From positions 186,001-250,000 of the forward strand of contig NIVC01000150.1 of NCBI GenBank assembly GCA_002269645.1: a DNA stretch of 64,000 bases, given 5' to 3'. Below are positions 1 to 24,024 of this stretch, piece by piece. Source of the stretch: Macrostomum lignano (lineage: Eukaryota). The translations under genes and the position numbers were made by a program. Under the pieces are notes generated by a model that was given only the letters and a program-made list of their open reading frames with translations, was not told the origin of the DNA and did no database searches. Every line of letters starts with the position of its first letter. Position 1 is the first letter of the stretch.

Positions 1-124
1 GGAGATGGGAGAGGGGAGATGAGAGAGGGGGAGATGGGAGAGGTGGAGAGGGGAGATGGGAGAGGAGATGGAAGATGGAGCCAGTTTTCAAGCATCGTGG
101 CTCAGTCAGGCCCAGCATCCGTAC

Positions 125-3100
125 CTGGATTCGACGCTCCATCGCCTGCACAGCCTCCTGGAGCGCGCGAGTCGTCTCGGCCGCCTCCGCCAGCTCCGCC
201 CGCTGGGCCCGGCGGGCTCCGGCCAGCTCCTCCTCCTGAGCTTTGCGCAACGCCTCCCAGCGCTGCTCCTGCTGGTGCCGCTGCTCTCGCTCCTGGGTCA
301 GGCGGGCCTCCTGCTCGCGCAAGATGAGGCGCTCAGCCTCCGCCTGGCTGCGGGCCGCGTCCTCCCGCAGGCGGACCTCCTTCTCCAGGATGCGCTGGTT
401 CAGGCCCTCCGCCGCCTCCTGAATGCGGGCCTGCGTGGTGCGATGGAGCGGAGAGGATTCTGGATTAACTCTTATGTATTGTCACTCTGGTAGATATTGT
501 CACTCTGCTAAATATTGTCACTCTGCTGAATATTGTCACTCTGCAGGATATTGTCACTCTGATGGATATTGTCACTCTGATGGATATGGTCACTCTGCAG
601 GATATTGTCACTCTGATGGATATTGTCACTCTGCTAGATATTGTCACTCTGCTAGATATTGTCACTCTGCTGAATATTGTCACTCTGCAGGATATTGTCA
701 CTCTGCTAGATATTGTCACTCTGCTAGATATTGTCACTCTGATGGATATTATCACTCTGCTAGATATTGTCATTCTGCTAGATATTGGCACTCTGCTGGC
801 TATTGTCACTTTGCTGCCATTGTCACTCTGCTGGCTATCGTCACTCTGATGAATATTGGCACTCTGCTGGCCATTTTCACTCTGCCGGATTTTTTTTCAC
901 ACTTTCTCCACTTCACTCAAGCACCCCACTGTCACTCTAGCACTTAAAGTTTACGCCAGCCTACCGATTTCACTCCAGCCTCTCAATGTCACTCCAGCCT
1001 CCCAATGTCACTCCAGCCTCCCAATGTCACTCCAGCCTTCAATGTCACTCCAGCCTTCAATGTCACTCCAGCCTCTTAATGTCACTCCAGCCTCCCAATG
1101 TCACTCTAGCCTTCAATGTCACTCCAGCCTCTTAATGTCACTCCAGCCTCCCAATGTCATTCCAGCCTCCCAATGTCACTCCAGCCTCTCAATGTCACTC
1201 CAGCCTCCCAATGTCACTCCAGCCTCCCAATGTCACTCTAGCCTTCAATGTCACTCCAGCTCACCTGCAGCGCCAGCCGGTCGGTGGCCCCCAGCCCCGG
1301 GTGCTGCTCAGTCCCGGCCGTCTTCAGCGCCTCAGTCAGCCGCTCGTCCAGTCGCTGCTCCAGTCGCCTCCGTTCTTCGGCTTCGGCTCGAACTCGCGAC
1401 CTCAAGTCGACAATCTCGCGCCTCAAATCGCCGCCATCGTTGGGCAGTTCTTCGTCGAGATCCTGAAGCTTCTCCTGGGCTGAAGAGTGCCGCGCCCGAG
1501 GCTGCTGCTGCTGCTGGCCGGTCCGCTGGTGGTCCTCAACTTGAGCCCGCAGGTTGCGCATCTCCTCAAGCAGGCGCGCCGTCTGGCGCTCGGCGCGCGT
1601 CCTGGCCTGCTCGAGCGCCTCCAGCTCGCGCTCCATGGCGGCCACGCGAGCCTGCTGAGCCTCCTTGCGGGACCCGGCCTCGGCCAGGTTGTCCAGCCGC
1701 GACCGCTCTTCGGCTAGGCGGTCCTCCTGCGGGTTCGGCGTTGGGGGAGCGTTGAACAGGTACTGGGGCACTTGCACAAATAGTTTCTCATTCGAGACAG
1801 GGACTGTGTGCACCTGGCGCACTTTAAGTGACTGAGACAGTCGCTGAGACAGACACTGAGACAGGCACTGAGACAGGCACTGAGACAGACACTGAGACAG
1901 ACACTGAGACAGACACTGAGACAGACACTGAGACAGACACTGAGACAGACACTGAGACAGACACTGAGACAGACACTGAGACAGGCACTGAGACAGACAC
2001 TGAGACAGACACTGAGACAGACACTGAGACAGACACTGAGACAGACACTGAGACAGACACTGAGACAGACACTCAGACGGACACTGAGACAGACACTCAG
2101 ACGGACACTGAGACAGACACTGAGGCAGACACTCAGACAGACACTCAGACATACAATCAGACAGATACTGAGGCAGGCACTGAGACAGACACTGAGGCAG
2201 ACACTCAGACAGACACTCAGACATACAATCAGACAGATACTGAGACAGGCACTGAGACAGACACTGAGACAGACACTGAGACAGATACTGAGACAGGCAC
2301 TGAGACAGACACTGAGACAGACACTGAGACAGACACTGAGACAGACACTGAGACAGACACTGGGACAGGCACTGAGCCAGGCACTGAGCCAGGCACTGAG
2401 CCAGGCACTGGACAGGCATTGAGACAGACACTGAGACAGACACTGAGACAGACACTGAGACAGACACTGAGACAGACACTGAGACAGACACTGAGACAGA
2501 CACTGAGACAGACACTGAGACAGACACTGAGACAGACACTGAGACAGGCACTAGACAGGCATTGAGACAGGCACTGAGATAGGCACTGAGCCAGACCAAA
2601 AATCAAGCCGCTCACTCACCTGAGTCCGCAGCCGCTGTGCCAGCTGATTCACCAGATCTCCGCTGCTCTTCACAGCCCCCTCCAGCATCTGTCTGGCCCG
2701 GCGCTCATCCCGCAGCGCGTCCTCGCCCTTGCGGGAGACCACCTTGAGCTCCGACTGCAGCCGGACCACCTCCTCAAGCAGAGCTCGATTGGACTTCTCA
2801 GCAACTCGCAGGCGAGTCTCCAGGCTGCGGATTCTCTCGTCGTTATCGCTTGGACTCGACATCGATCGGTGATCGTCGAGAGATTCGGCACGAATTGGCA
2901 CCAGCTGCTGCTGCTGCTGCTGCTGCCTCGGCTTCTCGTGGGATGTTCGGTTAGTGCTCAGAGCTGGCAGATCCCAGCTGGGGAAATTAGACCGGTTCGA
3001 TTAGCAGCTCTATGTGTGCTGTAGCAATAAATAATTGCAGGGGCTGTGGGTAGCCTGGCGCAACGCTTTAAGGGGTTGTAGCCTGAGGGGTTGTAGCCTG

Positions 3101-4208
3101 AGGGGTTGTAGCCTGAGGGGTTGTAGCCTGAGGGGTTGTAGCCTGAGGGGTTGTAGCCTGAGGGGTTGTAGCCTGAGGGGTTGTAGCCTGAGGGTTGTAG
3201 CCTGAGGGGTTGTAGCCTGAGGGGTTGTAGCCTGAGGGGTTGTAGCCTGAGGGGTTGTAGCCTGAGGGGTTGTAGCCTGAGGGGTTGTAGCCTGAGGGGT
3301 TGTAGCCTGAGGGGTTGTAGCCTGAGGGGGTGTAGCCTGAGGGGGTGTAGCCTGAGGGGTTGTAGCCTGAGGGGTTGTTGCCTAATTAGTGGTTGTAGCC
3401 TGAGGGGTTGTTGCCTAATTAGTGGTTGTAGCCTAATTAAGGGGTTGTAGCCTATTTAAGAGGCTGTAGCGTAATTAAGGGATTGTAGCCTAACTAAGGG
3501 GTTGTAGTCTAATTAATGGGTTGTAGTCTAATTAAGAGGTTGTGGCCAAATTAATGGGTTGTCGTCTAATTAAGGGGTTGTAGCCTAATTAAAAAGTTTT
3601 AGCCTAATTAAGGGGTTGTAGCTTTGTGGGTAGAGCGTCAGACTCACGACTAAAAGGTCGGGGGCTCGATTCTCGACCCACTCGGAACAATTTGTGTCCT
3701 TGAGCAAGACACTGAACTTTGCATTGCTTCAGTTCACCCAGCTGTAAAATGGGTGCCAGCATTAGCTGGGGTAATTGAGGGTGAGTGTGGCCAATACTGT
3801 ACGGAGGCACGCACCCATGCACACGCTCACACAGGGTGTACAAGCGGCCCTGTGACTTTCCAATCATCAAGCATGTACAATCTCTGTGCATTAGGGTGTT
3901 GGCCCTGTGAACGGATGTGAATCACACGAAAGCCCCAAATGAATGGTGGCCTCAAATCAGATAGGATTAGATGCAGTAATATGTGCCGAATAGTCTGCAG
4001 ATTGTTGTTTGTGTTTCCAATGCTCTGAGCCAATTCCTGCAAAAGCTTAGCAGAACCCTCATCAGTTCAAGGTCCGTAACGCATCTTACTTGTAGTTGAA
4101 AGTAGAAGCACTTAACTGATTAAAAATTCAAAAAGTCAGTAATTATCTCCGTCTTTCTCACCTGTCATCCTTGCTTCGCGAGCCAAAGTTCTGTTTAAAA
4201 TTGTACAT
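125..4208 (-). CDS. Coiled-coil protein, possibly CCDC154-like; 3' part lies beyond the left window edge
   Basis: Phase-consistent GT-AG exons 4208-4162 (MYNFKQNFGSRSKDD), 2977-2620 (SWDLPAL..RIRSLETRLRVAEKSNRALLEEVVRLQ..RLRTQ), 1726-1265 (alternative in-frame acceptor at 1813; EDRLAEERSRL..LALQ), 430-125 (ARIQEAAEGLNQRILEKE..MERRIQ). E/R/Q/L heptad-rich throughout. Family name is weak recall only. Confidence 0.75.
478..880. repeat. 18-bp minisatellite (ATATTGTCACTCTGCTAG)
   Basis: Direct tandem units; intronic. Confidence 0.9.
975..1259. repeat. 18-19-bp minisatellite (CAATGTCACTCCAGCCTCC)
   Basis: Tandem units abutting the splice donor at 1264. Confidence 0.9.
1829..2592. repeat. 12-bp minisatellite (ACTGAGACAGAC)
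   Basis: Tandem units; fills most of the intron. Confidence 0.95.
3071..3618. repeat. 15-19-bp minisatellite (GCCTGAGGGGTTGTA) merging into a SINE head
   Basis: Tandem units; the last GGGGTTGTAGC begins the SINE. Confidence 0.9.
3612..3960 (+). mobile_element. tRNA-derived SINE with CORE/MIR-like domain, copy 1
   Basis: tRNA-like head (GGGGTTGTAGC..GGCTCGATTC B box), then TGTGTCCTTGAGCAAGACACTGAAC..CTTCAGTTCACCCAGCTGTAAAATGGG at 3691-3753. Confidence 0.75.
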
Positions 4209-4433
4209 ATAGAGCTGGTCTCCCGACTCAAAATGACCGTGGAAGGCTCTGCTGCCAGAAGAAGAGCAGGGGTTGCTGTGTTCCCAAAGACCGATCGTTG
4301 TACAGCAGAGCTTTTTAAAGCAGAGGCAAAAGGCAATTTGAGTTCAATTGGCTGCCTGCTCAGGGTGTGCGCGAGTCGGCAGTGCAGAGGCAGCAGAGAC
4401 AAAAGACTGAGTCGGGATAGAGATGAAGCTAGT

Positions 4434-4447
4434 GTTTCCATGGCAAC
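4434..4447. promoter_or_regulatory. RFX X-box GTTTCCATGGCAAC
   Basis: Matches the RFX consensus GTNRCC-N(0-3)-RGYAAC/GTTNCCATGGNAAC; about 230 bp upstream of the coiled-coil gene ATG. Confidence 0.7.
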
Positions 4448-4457
4448 TCCACCTTGG

Positions 4458-4489
<32 letters not shown>

Positions 4490-4538
4490 AAATGAGGGGG
4501 AAGCTGGCTGGGTTGATGAAGATGACGCACCAACTCTA

Positions 4539-4552
4539 GTTTCCATGGAAAC
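4539..4552. promoter_or_regulatory. RFX X-box, perfect palindrome GTTTCCATGGAAAC
   Basis: 14-bp perfect palindrome about 105 bp from the first X-box. Confidence 0.7.
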
Positions 4553-4960
4553 CACCAGTTGAGCAGAGCTGAACGAGGATGAGGCTCCCAGGAGGGGATC
4601 GGGATAATGGGCCGGAGCGGCAGAGAGGAAATTGTTATGGGATAAGGGAAGCAAAATTTATGGGGGGGAGGATTTTTTTAAGGGAATGGCGAGAGACGTG
4701 GGACAAAGGAATAATGCAACATGGTAGAAAGAGGAGATTTGAGTGCCAGAGTGCGTGCATGAGCGGTTTGGATCGAAAATATGCCTGCTGAGAAAGGCTG
4801 GAAAGATTTAGTGCAATAGTCGGTGGTGCCTCTCTGCCCGACCCTCGGTTCCTTTGAAACTTCACAATAGCAATCCGGCCCGCTCAAGGTCTGTGTCTCT
4901 TCTCTTCTCTCTCATCTCTTCTCTCATCCTATCTCCTCTTGAGGTAAAAACGAGGTGCAG

Positions 4961-5480
4961 AATGAGAGTGAAAATGAGATAGAAAGTGAGAGTGAGAGTG
5001 AGAATGAGGGTGAGATGGGAGTGAGGATGAGAGCGAGAGTGAAATAGAGATTGAGGGTGAGCTAAAGGGTGAGAGTGAGCTAAAGGGTAAGAAGCTAAAG
5101 GGTGAGAGTGAGCTGGAGGATGAGAGTGAGCTGGAGGATGAGAGTGAGGTTGAGGATGAGAGTGAGCTGGAGGGTGAGAGTGAGCTGGAGGGTGAGAGTG
5201 AGAAGGAGGGTGAGAGTGAGAAGGAGGGTGAGAGTGAGCTGGAGGGTGAGAGTAAGCTGGAGGGTGAGAGTGAGAAGGAGGGTGAGAGTGAGAAGGAGGG
5301 TGAGAGTGAGAAGGAGGGTGAGAGTGAGAAGGAGGGTGAGAGTGAGCTGGAGGGTGAGAGTGAGCTGGAGGGTGAGAGTGAGCTGGAGGGTGAGAGTGAG
5401 CTGGAGGATGAGAGTGAGCTGAAGGGTGAGAGTGAGCTGGAGGGTGAGAGTGAGCTGAAGGGTGATAATGAGAAGGAGGG
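4961..5480. repeat. 18-bp GA-rich minisatellite (GGGTGAGAGTGAGCTGGA)
   Basis: Tandem units. Confidence 0.9.
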
Positions 5481-6131
5481 TGGGAACGAATTAGCGAAGC
5501 TGTGAAAACGTGAACTCTAATGTGAACGCAGAAGGACAGACAATCTCAGATCAAACGCAAACTACACACGCGGTATTTCCTGTAAAAGAGAGAACTGATG
5601 AGATAAATGAGAGCTTCAAATCATTAATATAATTGTAAATATTTTCCACTAATTAGTCTCTGCCAATAGCTTTTTTAACAGTTCCGTCATTGAACTTATT
5701 CTGCCCAACAGTCTACTAATAGTAGTCGAAAATAAATAAATTTTGCAGAAAATATGCAATTTGTATCATAGTTTGTATTTCTTCTAGCTGCCTGTGCTGT
5801 GCTTCGAAGTGATTGGCACAGCTCAGAACAGCTCTCAGAGCCTTCATTTGGCTGAGGGGCGCGATGCTTTCAAGGGACGGGGATTGCTTAAGAATAGAAA
5901 GTACACTGACGGCAAGAGAAGAAGAATCAGAGGAGAGGAGATTGGGGGTAGGTTGCTCTGAGCAGCGTAGCCAAGCGAGGCCAGTGTACAGTGTACGAGC
6001 TGGGTGTGAATAGAAAAGCCTTGAGTACAAATTCACGACAGTTAGCGCTGCTCTCTAACTCCAAAACAGTGTCTAGATCTCCAGCAGATTAAGCGAGAAC
6101 TCCATGTCATGAAGGTGGATACTCGTATGCC

Positions 6132-17908
<11,777 letters not shown>

Positions 17909-18061
17909 AGTGCGCAACAGGTTTGCGTTCAAAAACATTCATATCGCAATCAAGCAAATCTCCTGTTAGCGTGCGCAAAAAGTAAGAACTCATGTTTCTT
18001 AGAAAATTCTCGTAATTGATCAACATCGACTCATCGGGAGTTTTACTAAAGTTTTAGCCAA

Positions 18062-18275
18062 GGGTTGCAGCCTTAGAGCGGTGGACTCACGAATTAAAGG
18101 TCGGGGGTTCGATTCCCGATTCCACCGGAACAATTTGTGTCCTTGAGCAAGACACTGAACTCTGCATTGCTTCAGTTCACCTACTCGTAGCTAAAAATGG
18201 GTGCCAATAGCTGCGGCTGAGCTGTCGGTTGCATATCTGGCCCAATTGGGGCAGGTGTAATCCATTACTATTATT
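18062..18275 (+). mobile_element. CORE-like SINE, copy 3
   Basis: Same head and core; tail shared with copy 2. Confidence 0.75.
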
Positions 18276-18709
18276 TATACTAATAGTATTATAAGGCTAA
18301 AAAATCAAGTAAAAAAGTTAATCAATAGATTTCTTTCTGTGCGAATTTGAAGACAATCCTATTAGAGGTTTCTGTTTTAAATAAATAGAAATAATCATAA
18401 AAGTATCATAGTCGTAGTATAGTTTATTAAAAAGTTCAAGCTAAATATTGATTTATCGCGTTTATTATTTATTTATTGTTTTTATCAACGATACAAGCAA
18501 CCAGAATGACAAAACCAAGGCAACACCTGGAAAAGCAAATGTCCAACAATGTCAACCAAAAGTTTTCCGAGATGGAGAGAAATATTTGTTTTAAATAGCT
18601 CAAACAAGTAAAACAAGAAAACTATTTTCAAAATGCGAAAGACCAACTTTACCTGTATACAGTGGTGGTTAGTGTCCAGGGTAAGGACTGTGTTTTTTGA
18701 CAATGTTGT

Positions 18710-19510
18710 TGGCGATTTTCTGGGGAGATTTCCGATTTTCTAGGAAATGTTTCGGTAAGGCCACTTTTTGGGAGATTGCCAGAGAGGCGATTTTCTGGGG
18801 AGATTTTTAGAGAGGCGATTTACTAGGAAACGTTTCGGTAAGGCGATTTTCTGGGGAGATTTCTAGACAGGCGATTTTCTGGGGAGATTTCTAGACAGGC
18901 GATTTTCTGCGGAGATTTCTAGACAGGCGATTCTCTGGGAAGATTTCCTGACAGGCAATTTTCTGGGGAGATTTCCTGACAAGCGATTTTCTTGGGAGAT
19001 TTCCTGATAGGCGATTTTCTGGGGAGATTTCCTGACAGGCGATTTTCTGGGGAGATTTCCAGACAGGCGATTTTCTGGGAAGATTACCAGACAGGCGATT
19101 TTCTGGGGAGATTTCCAGACAGGCGATTTTCTGGGGAGATTTCCAGACAGGCGATTTTCTGGGGAGATTTCCTGACAGGCGACTTTCTGGGGAGATTTCT
19201 AGACAGGCGATTTTCTGCGGAGGTTTCCAGACAGGCGATTTTCTGGGGAGATTTCCTGACAGGCGACTTTCTGGGGAGATTTCCAGACAGGCGATTTTCT
19301 GGGGAGATTTCCTGACAGGCGACTTTCTGGGGAGATTTCTAGACAGGCGATTTTCTGGGGAGATTTCTAGACAGGCGATTTTCTGGGGAGATTTCCAGAC
19401 AGGCGATTTTCTGGGGAGGTTTCCAGAGAGGCGATTTTCTAGGAAATGTTTTTATTTATTTTTTTAAATAGGAAACGTTTCAGTAAGGCGATTTTTGGGG
19501 GAGATTTCCA
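18710..19510. repeat. 28-bp minisatellite (GCGATTTTCTGGGGAGATTTCCAGACAG)
   Basis: Tandem units between the convergent TRPM and MNAT1 genes. Confidence 0.9.
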
Positions 19511-19598
19511 GAGACGTTTAGGAAAGGCGATTTCTTCTAGGAGGGATTTTAGAAGGGTGATTTTAGGGACACAAGAGGTCTAACTGTCTCACCCCAGC

Positions 19599-20232
19599 TC
19601 ACAGTCGGTAGTACAGATCGCAGTACGCATCAGCCAGCAGCCGGTGCAGCCCCAGCTGTGCGGTGTACCCGCCAGCAGGGTAGTCGGCAGGCAGACGGTC
19701 GGCCAGCACTGATACGGCGGCGTCGGCGGCCGCGGAGTCCAAGGACGGTCCGTTCAATGCCAGCCGGTGAGGCTTGACCAGCTCAGCCAGGGTGTCGGGG
19801 TCCAGACTGCTCGCAGGCGGTCGCGAATTCTGTCCCGCCATGGAGGCCGTGGAGGCGACGCCAGCGGAGGCTGTGGATGAAGCGGTTGAGACGCTGGCAG
19901 CGGAACTGACAGCCGCCGCCGCTCCCGCCGCAGCTGCATCAGAGGCGGTCGCGCCTGCAGAGAGCGAGCAGCAGATCAGCTGTTTACGTCTTGAATTTGT
20001 CTTCTGCCCGAAATCATTTCATCCAAAAAACAATTGAAAGCTTTTGGTTTGACGGCAACATCTGCCGCGATTGTGCTTTCCCTCCGAGTGGACGTGCACC
20101 GAATGACCCGTAGCTAGCGAGCAGGCAGACAGTCATGCCCCTGGGCACGCGCACAGATACTGTAAGCAGGCATGCACTCATACACACGCTCACGCGGGGT
20201 GTACCGCGCCCCTAAAACATAAAAGCACATAA

Positions 20233-20269
<37 letters not shown>

Positions 20270-20276
20270 CATAAAT

Positions 20277-20343
<67 letters not shown>

Positions 20344-20351
20344 GGACACTA

Positions 20352-20390
<39 letters not shown>

Positions 20391-20449
20391 TAGACAGACA
20401 GACAGACAGACAGGACACTAAGACAGACAGACAGGCAGACAGGACACTA

Positions 20450-20502
<53 letters not shown>

Positions 20503-20503
20503 C

Positions 20504-20540
<37 letters not shown>

Positions 20541-22355
20541 ACACTAAGACAGGCAGACAGACAGACAGACAGACAGACACAGGTGTCGGGGCGCAAGATT
20601 CAGACGCGCTGAGCAGCCCCTTAGCAACAAACTATATGCATACCGGCAGCTGAGATAATTGACAATTTCACTGCTAATAAAACAGATTGTATCCTCACCA
20701 TCTCGCTAATGCATTTTCAACTCATTTCACGTACCTGGCGCTGCCGCTGCCGTCTCCACGCCGTTGCTCCTTCCTGAGCCCGACGCCTCCGACTCGATGA
20801 CATTGTCCAGAGCGGCCAGCTCGGGCCTCCGCCGCAGCCGGTTACTCTTGATGGCGTCCGCGTGCGCCTTCTTGAACTCTTCGACGCTGCGCTTTGTTGC
20901 TTCAACATCGATCTCGTTCGCTAAGTTGAACACGGCGGATTCAACAAACTCCAAATAGTTGTTGTACTCGGCTAGGCTAGAGAAATTGTCCTCGGATAAG
21001 TTCAGATCCTTCATCAAGCGCTTACGAATGTCAAGTTCCTTTTCCACCTAAGAAATTAAATTTCAGAATCTCACTGTTAGTCCTTCAAATCACACATTCC
21101 CTGTTTTAGAATCTCACCCCAATATCTCAGTCGTCTGAATCTCACCCTAAAATCTCAAGCTTCAGAATCTCACTGTAAAATCTCAAGTCTCAGAATTTTA
21201 CCCTAATATTTCAAGTCTTAGAATCTCACCCTAAAATCTCAAGCTTCAGAATCTCACTCTAATATCTCGTCTCAGAATCTCACCCTAAAATTTCCAAGTC
21301 TCCGAATCTTATCCTAATATCACAAGTCACAGAATCTCACTTTAAAATCTTAAGTCTTAAAATCTCACTTTAGGATTTCAAGTCTCAGAATCTCACCCTA
21401 AAATCAGTCTCAGAATCTCACCCTAAAATTTCAAGTCCCAGAATCTCACCCTAATATCACAAGTCTCGGAATCTCACTTGAAAATCTTAAGTCTTAGAAT
21501 CTCACCCTAAAATCAGTCTCAGAATCTCACCCTAAAATTTTCAGGTCTCCGAATTTCATCCTAATATTTTCATTCTAATATCACAAGTCAGAATCTCACT
21601 TTAAAATCTTAAGTCTTAGAATCTCACCCCAATATCTCAGTCGTCTGAATCTCACCCTAAAATCTAAAGTCTCAGAATCTCACCATAATATCTCAAGTCT
21701 CAGAATCTCACCCTAAAATCTCAAGCTTCAGAATCTCACCCTAAAATCTCAAGCCTCAGGATCTCACCCTAAAATCTCAAGTCTCAGAATCTCACCCTAA
21801 AATCTAGTCTTAGAATCTCATTCTAAAATCTCAAGCTTCAGAATCTCACCCTAAAATCTCAGGTCTCAGAATCTCACCCTAAAATCTAAAGTCTTAGAAT
21901 CTCACCCTAAAATCTGAAGTCTCAGAATCTCACCATAATATCTCAAGTCTTAGAATCTCACCCTAAAATCTAAAGTCTTAGAATCTCACCCTAAAATCTA
22001 AAGTCTCAGAATCTCACCCTAAAATCTAAAGTCTCAGAATCTCACCCTAAAATTTCAAGTCTCAGAATCTCACCCTAAAATCTCAAGTCTTAGAATCTCA
22101 CCCTAATATCCCAAGTGAATTACCAAAACACATGTAATCAGGATGCCAAGTCACCTGGCTGTCCTCAAACATCTGGAAGCGGAACTGGCCCCTGCGCAGA
22201 GGAGTTTTGCACTGCGGGCAGGCGCCGCTGCCGCGCGAGAACAGAATGTCTACGCAGTTCTCGCATAGCGCGTGGCCGCACGCGTTCACCATCATCTTCA
22301 GACTGGGATTGGTGTACTTGGTGGCCTTGCATTCTGGGCACTTCTGCTTGTCCAT
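19599..22355 (-). CDS. MNAT1: CDK-activating kinase assembly factor MAT1 (RING, TFIIH subunit)
   Basis: Exons 22355-22155, 21047-20735, 19954-19599. [49 protein letters not shown] (C3HC4 RING), [22 protein letters not shown]-terminal [21 protein letters not shown]. Confidence 0.95.
20234..20580. repeat. (GACA)n microsatellite
   Basis: MNAT1 intron 2. Confidence 0.95.
21065..22105. repeat. ~28-bp minisatellite (AGAATCTCACCCTAAAATCTCAAGTCTC)
   Basis: Fills MNAT1 intron 1. Confidence 0.92.
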
Positions 22356-22811
22356 GGGAGCCAATTGTGACGCTGTGGGCAATAACAGCCGGCTGTTTCT
22401 AGATATGCTATTGATGACAAGTTCGGTGCGATCTAATACAGATAAGATTTTTTCTAGCTACTTAGTCAGTAGTACACTGGTATATCAAGGTAAATTAGAT
22501 ATTATAGCAAAAAATAACCAAAAAAGATGATCAAAATACTTACTACTAACAAGTAGGCGGTATGAATCACCACTCAAGATGGTACAAAGTATATTTATAA
22601 ACTTTTTATATCAAACTATTCATACATTAACTTGAACAAGTAAACAAATTGGATGCATCAGTCTATGCGGATAGCAGCTACAGAATGCGATTCAAGTTGT
22701 ACATTTCTGCTTGTTGACAATTGCAGATTGAATTGCAAGAGGGCGGCATGCAAAGGCCAGAGGGTCACACTGGTGCAGCTAACGTTCTGGCACTGACAGA
22801 ACGATTGAAAT

Positions 22812-23010
22812 GACAGACAGACAGACACAGACACTCGGACACAGACATACAGTCACTCGGACGCAGACATACAGTCACTCTGACACAGACATACAGACAC
22901 TCGGACACAGACATACAGACACTCGGACACAGACATACAGTCACTCGGACACAGACATACAGACACTCGGACACAGACATACAGACACTCGGACACAGCC
23001 AGTCACTCAG
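22812..23010. repeat. GACA-derived minisatellite (ACTCGGACACAGACATACAGAC)
   Basis: Between MRPS16 and MNAT1. Confidence 0.85.
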
Positions 23011-23059
23011 ACAGCCAGAACCCAAAACTCAGCCAGCAAGCAGCTCATCCCCCGCAATC

Positions 23060-23485
23060 TCAACGGCCCCCAGCAGCGCCGCCGCCGGTCGCCTTGACGC
23101 TGGCAGCGGCGCTCAGCCGCCGGCCGAGCCGGAGGGCCTCCAGCTCGGAGCTCGGATGAATGGGCAGCACGCCAGCCAAGCCAAACAGCCGAGCCACGCC
23201 AAGCGAAGGCCGAGCTCCGTGGGCCATCCAGTGCATGAGGCGCCCGATGTCCACTCCAACCAGCTGCTCTCCGTGCGTGTTCACCAGCGGATCCCAGCTG
23301 CCCAGCTGCTCCAGTCCTGGGTCGTTGGCAGCCTGCAGGTGATTTCTAGCCTGAATGGTGAAGAACGGTCTGTTAGTGCAGCCCTCGTGCACCATGGAGA
23401 CGGTGAGCTGCGGCGCTGGCTTCTTCGGGTACATCAGCGCCACCCGGTAGCCTTTGAGCGCCGGAATTGTTCGCCAGCCGCGCAT
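23060..23485 (-). CDS. MRPS16: Mitochondrial ribosomal protein S16
   Basis: Single ORF containing GCTNRPFFTI..LEQLGSWDPLVNTHGEQLVGVDIGRLMHWMAHGA..LFGLAGVLPIHP, matching the MRPS16 pattern GCTNRPFYRI..EQLGSYDP.PNSHGEKLV..HW..GA..LLGLAGFFPLHP. Confidence 0.93.
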   Translation of the reverse strand: MRGWRTIPALKGYRVALMYPKKPAPQLTVSMVHEGCTNRPFFTIQARNHLQAANDPGLEQLGSWDPLVNTHGEQLVGVDIGRLMHWMAHGARPSLGVARLFGLAGVLPIHPSSELEALRLGRRLSAAASVKATGGGAAGGR

Positions 23486-24024
23486 CGCCCGGGTTTTTGT
23501 GTGCTTGTTTTTTAATTAAATAAAAACTCTTATAGTACTACTGGCGGATCAGCTTGGCAGTAGTGCAGTTCGACGGAGAAGCATGCATTACGTAGAATTC
23601 GAAAAAATATTTATTTTAACCACAAAATACTGGCGTTTGGCCTTCAATTTAAGCAGAGCAGGTCGCGGTTAGTACGCAAGCTGCTTAGATTATAGATAAA
23701 TTGACAAAAAAATCAAACCATCATGGCTATAGCAAATAATTGAAGATTAAATTAAGAAAGAGAATTTATAGCACCATGGTAGTTGAACCGGCAGACTTTT
23801 ATTTCTCTTCAATTTGTGAGATACGCGTACAATGTAAATATAAAATGGAAATATTCCTTAACTTTTATTCAACCTTAGCATTGAAGTTGACATACAGTGT
23901 AAGAAGCAGAACGGCATGACCTATCTGTTGGCATTTGAAAGTGTTTACAACTCGCATTTGTGACTCTAAAGTCTAAATTCACCCAGAATTTATCATAGCT
24001 AAAATATATCGCTAAGAAATGGCA

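Noticed and set aside
1828-2615. TETD / QCLS / VSVS repeat ORFs
   Set aside because: 12-bp intronic satellite; only 1265-1726 (or 1813) of the 453-aa ORF is a real exon.
4136-4654. 172-aa minus-strand ORF with two 'VSMET/VAMET' motifs
   Set aside because: The motifs are translations of the palindromic X-boxes plus a (GA)n tract; the real first exon uses a different frame (4208-4162).
19842-19954. Ala/Ser-rich stretch in MNAT1 exon 3
   Set aside because: Low-complexity linker between conserved domains; common and uninformative.
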